Shown here: positions 59,964 to 64,000 of the stretch, in pieces | Position numbering within the stretch: position 1 is the stretch's first letter | Layout: each line of letters begins with the position of its first letter | Assembly: GCA_963422645.2 (NCBI GenBank) | Contig: CAXXVO010000006.1 | Location: 64,001-128,000 of the forward strand | DNA length: 64,000 nucleotides | Direction of reading: 5' to 3' | Origin: Alphaproteobacteria bacterium | GTDB lineage: Bacteria > Pseudomonadota > Alphaproteobacteria > UBA828 | Translations under genes and position numbers: made by a program | Notes under the pieces: model-generated | The model's database searches: none | Seen by the model: only the letters and a program-made list of their open reading frames with translations | Told to the model about the DNA's origin: nothing

Positions 59964-61135
59964 GGCGTCTCCTCCAGCACGGCTAGCGCCTCGCGCACCC
60001 GCTCGAACGCGCTGAGAGCGACGTGGCCGTAGTTGTAGAACGCGAGCCCTTGCAGCCCACTCGACTTGAGCGCACGCACGGCAGCAACCGTCTCCGCCCC
60101 GTTGCCAAGGTCGGGATGAGCCGGTCGCAGGACGTAGCTGATCCGCGCGTCCGCACCCGCCCGCCGGCGCACGTCGCCGGCGTCCAGAGCGACGGCCGCC
60201 GCGCTCGCCTCGTAGGCCGGAACCTCCAGCGTATCCGCCGCCTCGGCCAGCAGGCGCAGATCGCTTCCTTCCGACCAGGCCGCAGCCGTCGGCCGCTGCA
60301 CCGTCGGGATCACTGCGAGCGAAGTTTCCTTCGGCAGCGCCGCGCGGACCTCGGCCACCAGATCGGTCACGAGCTGGCAGCGCCAGCTCAGGAACAGCGC
60401 CCATTCGGGATCCGCGATCAGGTCCGCAATCCACCACTCGGCGGCAACGTGGTCCGGCACCGGCTCGGGCCGGGCGAAGAACGAATCCAGCGCCGCGCAG
60501 GCCTGCCAGCGCAGCCGCTCGGAATCGATGCCGCGCGCTTCCGCCGCGGCGATGGTGCCCTCTGAAAAGCAGAGCCCGAGCAGCCAGCCGGCCCAGCGGT
60601 TCATCGGCAGCATGAAGAACTCGTGGTGGAAGCCGTGATCGAAGGGCAGGAACCCGGGGGTCTCCAGCGCGAGCCCGTCGAGCGCGTAGCGCTCCGCCAT
60701 GTCGACGCAGAGCGTCACCACGTAGCGGCGCACCTCCTCGTAGGCCGGGCACAGGCTGTAGACGTAGGAATCGCCGTAGCAGTTGCGCACCGTGAACTCG
60801 GGATGGCGCATGCCGAGCGGCGTGTTGTGCAGGCACACCGTCCAGGCGACCCGCGCCATGTCGGGCGCCTCCGCCTTGAGCTCGGCGAAGACGTCGCGCT
60901 CACCCGCCAGCTTGCTCTGGATCGGCTTGATGGCGCCGTAACGGCCCGGGCGCGGGCGCACGTAGACCGTGCCGTCCTCGGGAAAGTAGACCTTCCCCGC
61001 CGGTGAGTGGGGCCGCAGGAACTTGCCGGCATGGTAGCTCGCGGCGAGGGTGAGCGTGTTGATGCCGCAGTCGCGCATTCGGCCCGTTGCGGTGCCGATC
61101 CCCTCGTCCACCAGGTCCCAGGGGTACGTGTACAT
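59960..61135 (-). CDS. Hypothetical TIM-barrel, glycoside-hydrolase-like protein
   Basis: YPWD, LAASYH, WTVCLHN, LCPA..EVR, LETPGF, FYNYG; coupled to SDR by ATGA overlap. Confidence 0.55.
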   Translation of the reverse strand: MYTYPWDLVDEGIGTATGRMRDCGINTLTLAASYHAGKFLRPHSPAGKVYFPEDGTVYVRPRPGRYGAIKPIQSKLAGERDVFAELKAEAPDMARVAWTVCLHNTPLGMRHPEFTVRNCYGDSYVYSLCPAYEEVRRYVVTLCVDMAERYALDGLALETPGFLPFDHGFHHEFFMLPMNRWAGWLLGLCFSEGTIAAAEARGIDSERLRWQACAALDSFFARPEPVPDHVAAEWWIADLIADPEWALFLSWRCQLVTDLVAEVRAALPKETSLAVIPTVQRPTAAAWSEGSDLRLLAEAADTLEVPAYEASAAAVALDAGDVRRRAGADARISYVLRPAHPDLGNGAETVAAVRALKSSGLQGLAFYNYGHVALSAFERVREALAVLEETP

Positions 61136-61221
61136 GCCCTTGTACAGAGTCGCGCCTCCCGCGCCACGCCGCCGGCGCGGCCATTGTGACAGATGCGGGC
61201 GAACGCTGCCCGGCGCGTGGG

Positions 61222-61779
61222 TCAGTTGAGCCGGTCGCGAACCTCTTGGATCGAGTCCTCGATCATGCGGTTGGCGCGGTCTTCGTCGATCGCCTCGCTC
61301 ATGAGACGGCGCGCGGCCTCAATCGCCAGCACCGCTGCGGTCTGGCGCACCTCCCGCATGGCCTCTTCCTCAGCGCGGGCGATGCGCTGCTCGGCGAGCG
61401 TGGCGCGGCGCTTCATGGTCTCCTCGAGCGCTGCGCGCGCTTCCGCCGCGTGGCGCTCGGCCTCCGCCTTGGCGTGCTCGACCATCTGGCGCGCCTCCTC
61501 CTCGGCCTCCTGGCGCTTGCGCTCATGCTCTGCCAGCAGCGCCTGGGCCTCGGCGCGGAGCGCCGCCGCCTCGTCGAGCTCGTTCTTGATCCTCTCCGCC
61601 CGCTTGTCGAGGATCTCGGTCACCTTCTTGTAGGCCGCGCGGCCGAAGGCGCCGAAGAAGGTGATGAAGGCGATGAGGATCCAGAAGTTGGCCGACTCGG
61701 TGATCTGGCTGCCGACGACGACGAAGACGCAGGCTGCGACGATGACCCAGAACTCGGGCTTGCGGATCATCTTCTTCAT
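61222..61779 (-). CDS. atpF: F0F1 ATP synthase subunit b
   Basis: TM helix plus LDKRAERIK.EL.EA coiled coil; operon position. Confidence 0.88.
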   Translation of the reverse strand: MKKMIRKPEFWVIVAACVFVVVGSQITESANFWILIAFITFFGAFGRAAYKKVTEILDKRAERIKNELDEAAALRAEAQALLAEHERKRQEAEEEARQMVEHAKAEAERHAAEARAALEETMKRRATLAEQRIARAEEEAMREVRQTAAVLAIEAARRLMSEAIDEDRANRMIEDSIQEVRDRLN

Positions 61780-61782
61780 GGC

Positions 61783-62274
61783 TCAGCGCCCCTCGCCCAT
61801 GCTGGCTTCCACCGCCGCACGGGCCGCGGCCTCGGAGGGCGCGGTGCCGACCAGCCGCTCGGTCGCGGCGCGCGCCACGTCGCCCGCCACGTCGCGCAGG
61901 CTGGCGAGCGCCTGGGCGCGCGTCTCCTGGATGCGCTCTTCGGCCTTCGCCGCCCTGGCCGCGAGATCGGCGTCGAGCTCCGCGCGCAGCGCGTCCGCCT
62001 CCGCCGTAAGCTTCGCCTGGGTCTCGGCGAGCACGCCGTGGGCCTTGGAGCGCGCGTCTGCCAGCGCCTCCTCATAGGCCTTGAGCGCGGCTTCCGCCCT
62101 GCCCTTCGCGCTTTCGGCCTCGGTCAGGTCGTCGCTGATCTTGTTCTCGCGCGCCTCGATCACGCGGCGGACCCGCGGCAGGCCCACGGACCACATGATC
62201 ACCATCAGCGCGACGAAGGTGACGACCAGCCAGAAGATCTGGGGCGCGTAGTCCCCCATCTCGAGTTGTGGCAT
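61783..62274 (-). CDS. atpF2: F0F1 ATP synthase subunit b'
   Basis: MPQL...YAPQIFWL. Confidence 0.88.
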   Translation of the reverse strand: MPQLEMGDYAPQIFWLVVTFVALMVIMWSVGLPRVRRVIEARENKISDDLTEAESAKGRAEAALKAYEEALADARSKAHGVLAETQAKLTAEADALRAELDADLAARAAKAEERIQETRAQALASLRDVAGDVARAATERLVGTAPSEAAARAAVEASMGEGR

Positions 62275-62318
62275 CGGGCGTCTCCTGCCTCGGTCTCAGG
62301 CAGCCGGGCTGCCGTCGA

Positions 62319-62558
62319 TCAGGAGCCGAAGAGGATGATGAAGGCCATGACGAGCGCGAAGAGCGCGATCGCCTCGGTCAGCGCGAAGCCCAGCAGCACG
62401 TTGCCGAAGAGCTTCGGCGCCGCCGCCGGGTTGCGTCCCGCCGCCGAGACGTAGTTGCCGAAGATGATGCCGATACCGACACCGGAGCCCGCCACGCCGA
62501 TCGTGGCGAGACCGCCGCCGATGAGCTGACCGAGCAGTTTCGCTGCATCTGCTTCCAT
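62319..62558 (-). CDS. atpE: F0F1 ATP synthase subunit c
   Basis: GxGxGxG, RNP loop, FALTEA. Confidence 0.95.
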   Translation of the reverse strand: MEADAAKLLGQLIGGGLATIGVAGSGVGIGIIFGNYVSAAGRNPAAAPKLFGNVLLGFALTEAIALFALVMAFIILFGS

Positions 62559-62615
62559 GATCCTGGTTCCCTCGGTTTGTTCGGAGTTTGTGGCTTGCGA
62601 CCCGCGTCTTGCCGC

Positions 62616-63389
62616 TTAGTGATGCAACTCGATTGCGTCGCGGATGTAGAGGCAGGTCAGAATGGTGAAGACGTAGGCCTGGAGCACGGCGACCAGCAGT
62701 TCCAGCCCGTAGAGCGCCACGATGAACGCGAAGGGCAGAACGCCGGCGAAGCCCAGGACGAAGACGAAGGCGCCGAACACGTGCAGGATCGAGTGTCCCG
62801 CCATCATGTTGGCGAAGAGCCGCACGGAGAGGCTGATCGGCCGCGCCATGTAGGAGACGACCTCGATCGGCACCAGCAGCGGCGCCATCCACATCGGCAC
62901 GCCGGGCGGCAGGAAGAAGGTCAGGAAGCGGTGCTTGTGGATGACGATGGCGAGGATCGTCACGCCGACGAAGACCACCAGCGCGAATGCGAGCGTCACG
63001 ATGATGTGGCTGGTGAAGGTGAAGGAAAAGGGGACCAGCCCGAGCACGTTGCCGAGCAGCAAGAACATGAAGAGGCTGAACACGAAGGGGAAGAACTTCT
63101 GCGCGCCGCGGCCGCCCACGATGTCGCCCAGCATTCGGGCGATCATCTCGTAGCTCATTTCCACAATGGACTGCATGCGCCCCGGCACCAGCCGCCCGCG
63201 GCCCATGCCCACCGTGGTGAGCAGCGTGATGGCGATCACGGTCACGCACATCATCAGCGCTGAGTTGGTGAACGACGCGTCGAAACCGCCGAGGTCGATC
63301 TCGACGTAGCGGTTGATCGCGAACTGATCGAGCGGGCCGTGTTGCGCGTCGCCGTTATGTCCGGCGGCGCCGTTGTCCGTCGTTGCCAT
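62616..63389 (-). CDS. atpB: F0F1 ATP synthase subunit a
   Basis: RPISLSVRLFANMMAGH, LQAYVF. Confidence 0.95.
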   Translation of the reverse strand: MATTDNGAAGHNGDAQHGPLDQFAINRYVEIDLGGFDASFTNSALMMCVTVIAITLLTTVGMGRGRLVPGRMQSIVEMSYEMIARMLGDIVGGRGAQKFFPFVFSLFMFLLLGNVLGLVPFSFTFTSHIIVTLAFALVVFVGVTILAIVIHKHRFLTFFLPPGVPMWMAPLLVPIEVVSYMARPISLSVRLFANMMAGHSILHVFGAFVFVLGFAGVLPFAFIVALYGLELLVAVLQAYVFTILTCLYIRDAIELHH

Positions 63390-63397
63390 TGGCCGTC

Positions 63398-63748
63398 CTA
63401 CCTCTGGCTTCGCTCGTCCTGCTCTTCACTCCGCTCGTCCGCGCTTTCGCGGGACAAGGGCGTGGCACCCAATTTCTGTGCCGCCCGAAACGCGTTCAGG
63501 ATGCCGGCCGCGATCCCCACAAAAATAAAGACCACGAACAGCCACGGCCTGGTACCGAGCCATTCGTCGAGCAGCCAGCCGAGGCCGCCGCCGACGGCCA
63601 GCGCGGCCGCCATTTCGATCGCGAGATGCAACGCTTGCCCAAGACGCGTGCCGGGCAACCGACCACGGTTGCCCGACTCGTTCCCGCCTCGGGCCTTGCG
63701 CAGCCGGGAGTCCAGATCCTCCAGGGGTGGCCGTGGTTTGTCGTCCAT
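63398..63748 (-). CDS. atpI: AtpZ/AtpI-family protein
   Basis: GGGLGWLLD.WLGTRPW...G..AG..N. Confidence 0.85.
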   Translation of the reverse strand: MDDKPRPPLEDLDSRLRKARGGNESGNRGRLPGTRLGQALHLAIEMAAALAVGGGLGWLLDEWLGTRPWLFVVFIFVGIAAGILNAFRAAQKLGATPLSRESADERSEEQDERSQR

Positions 63749-63912
63749 GCAAACCCGCTCGGCCATGGCGCGCACGTGCACCTCAGTCGAAAAGCGCCCG
63801 CACCATAGGGGCTGACCTGCCCCCTGTCAAGCCGGAGAAGCGCCGCCGGGCGGAGCCTTAGAGCATTGATTTAGCGCAAGAAATCGTGTCACCGGAATTT
63901 GCATGCGTGGGG

Positions 63913-64000
63913 TTAGGCAGTCTCGCGCAACTGCACGGCGCGCTCCAGATCGACCGAGACGAGCTCGGAGACCCCCTGCTCCACCATCGTGACCCCGAAG
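63913..64000 (-). CDS. smc: Chromosome segregation protein SMC, extreme C-terminus
   Basis: Minus-strand FGVTMVEQGVSELVSVDLERA..* (not in ORF track); smc-atpI synteny. Confidence 0.8.
   Translation of the reverse strand, partial: FGVTMVEQGVSELVSVDLERAVQLRETA

Noticed and set aside
61222-63748. F0 genes without F1 genes as an anomaly
   Set aside because: Split F0/F1 operons are normal in Alphaproteobacteria.

Overview
GC-rich alphaproteobacterial chromosomal segment (smc-atpI-atpB-atpE-atpF2-atpF synteny at the right edge). It carries many catabolic genes: a molybdenum hydroxylase cluster, GMC oxidoreductase, class III aminotransferases, TcuA, OYE, a toluene-monooxygenase-type tmoABCD set with no beta or reductase gene in the window, and hydantoinase A/B. 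Mobile DNA is abundant. A 2513-bp element with perfect 17-bp IRs and a 785-aa DDE transposase (called IS-A here) occurs four times: a head-to-tail dimer, a composite that splits a FIST gene and encloses IS21 plus a Mu-like prophage end, and an internally deleted copy. A 58-bp internal IS-A fragment also interrupts a Cache-domain gene. Other elements are an intact IS66 carrying a compact DNA adenine methyltransferase gene overlapping its transposase start, an IS1595, an IS66 end remnant and a probable IS1380 remnant fused to a CoxL-like gene. Several frameshifts are 1-2 nt insertions in short homopolymers and may be sequencing errors. No rRNA, tRNA or CRISPR array was seen. Family assignments come from motif recognition, not database searches.
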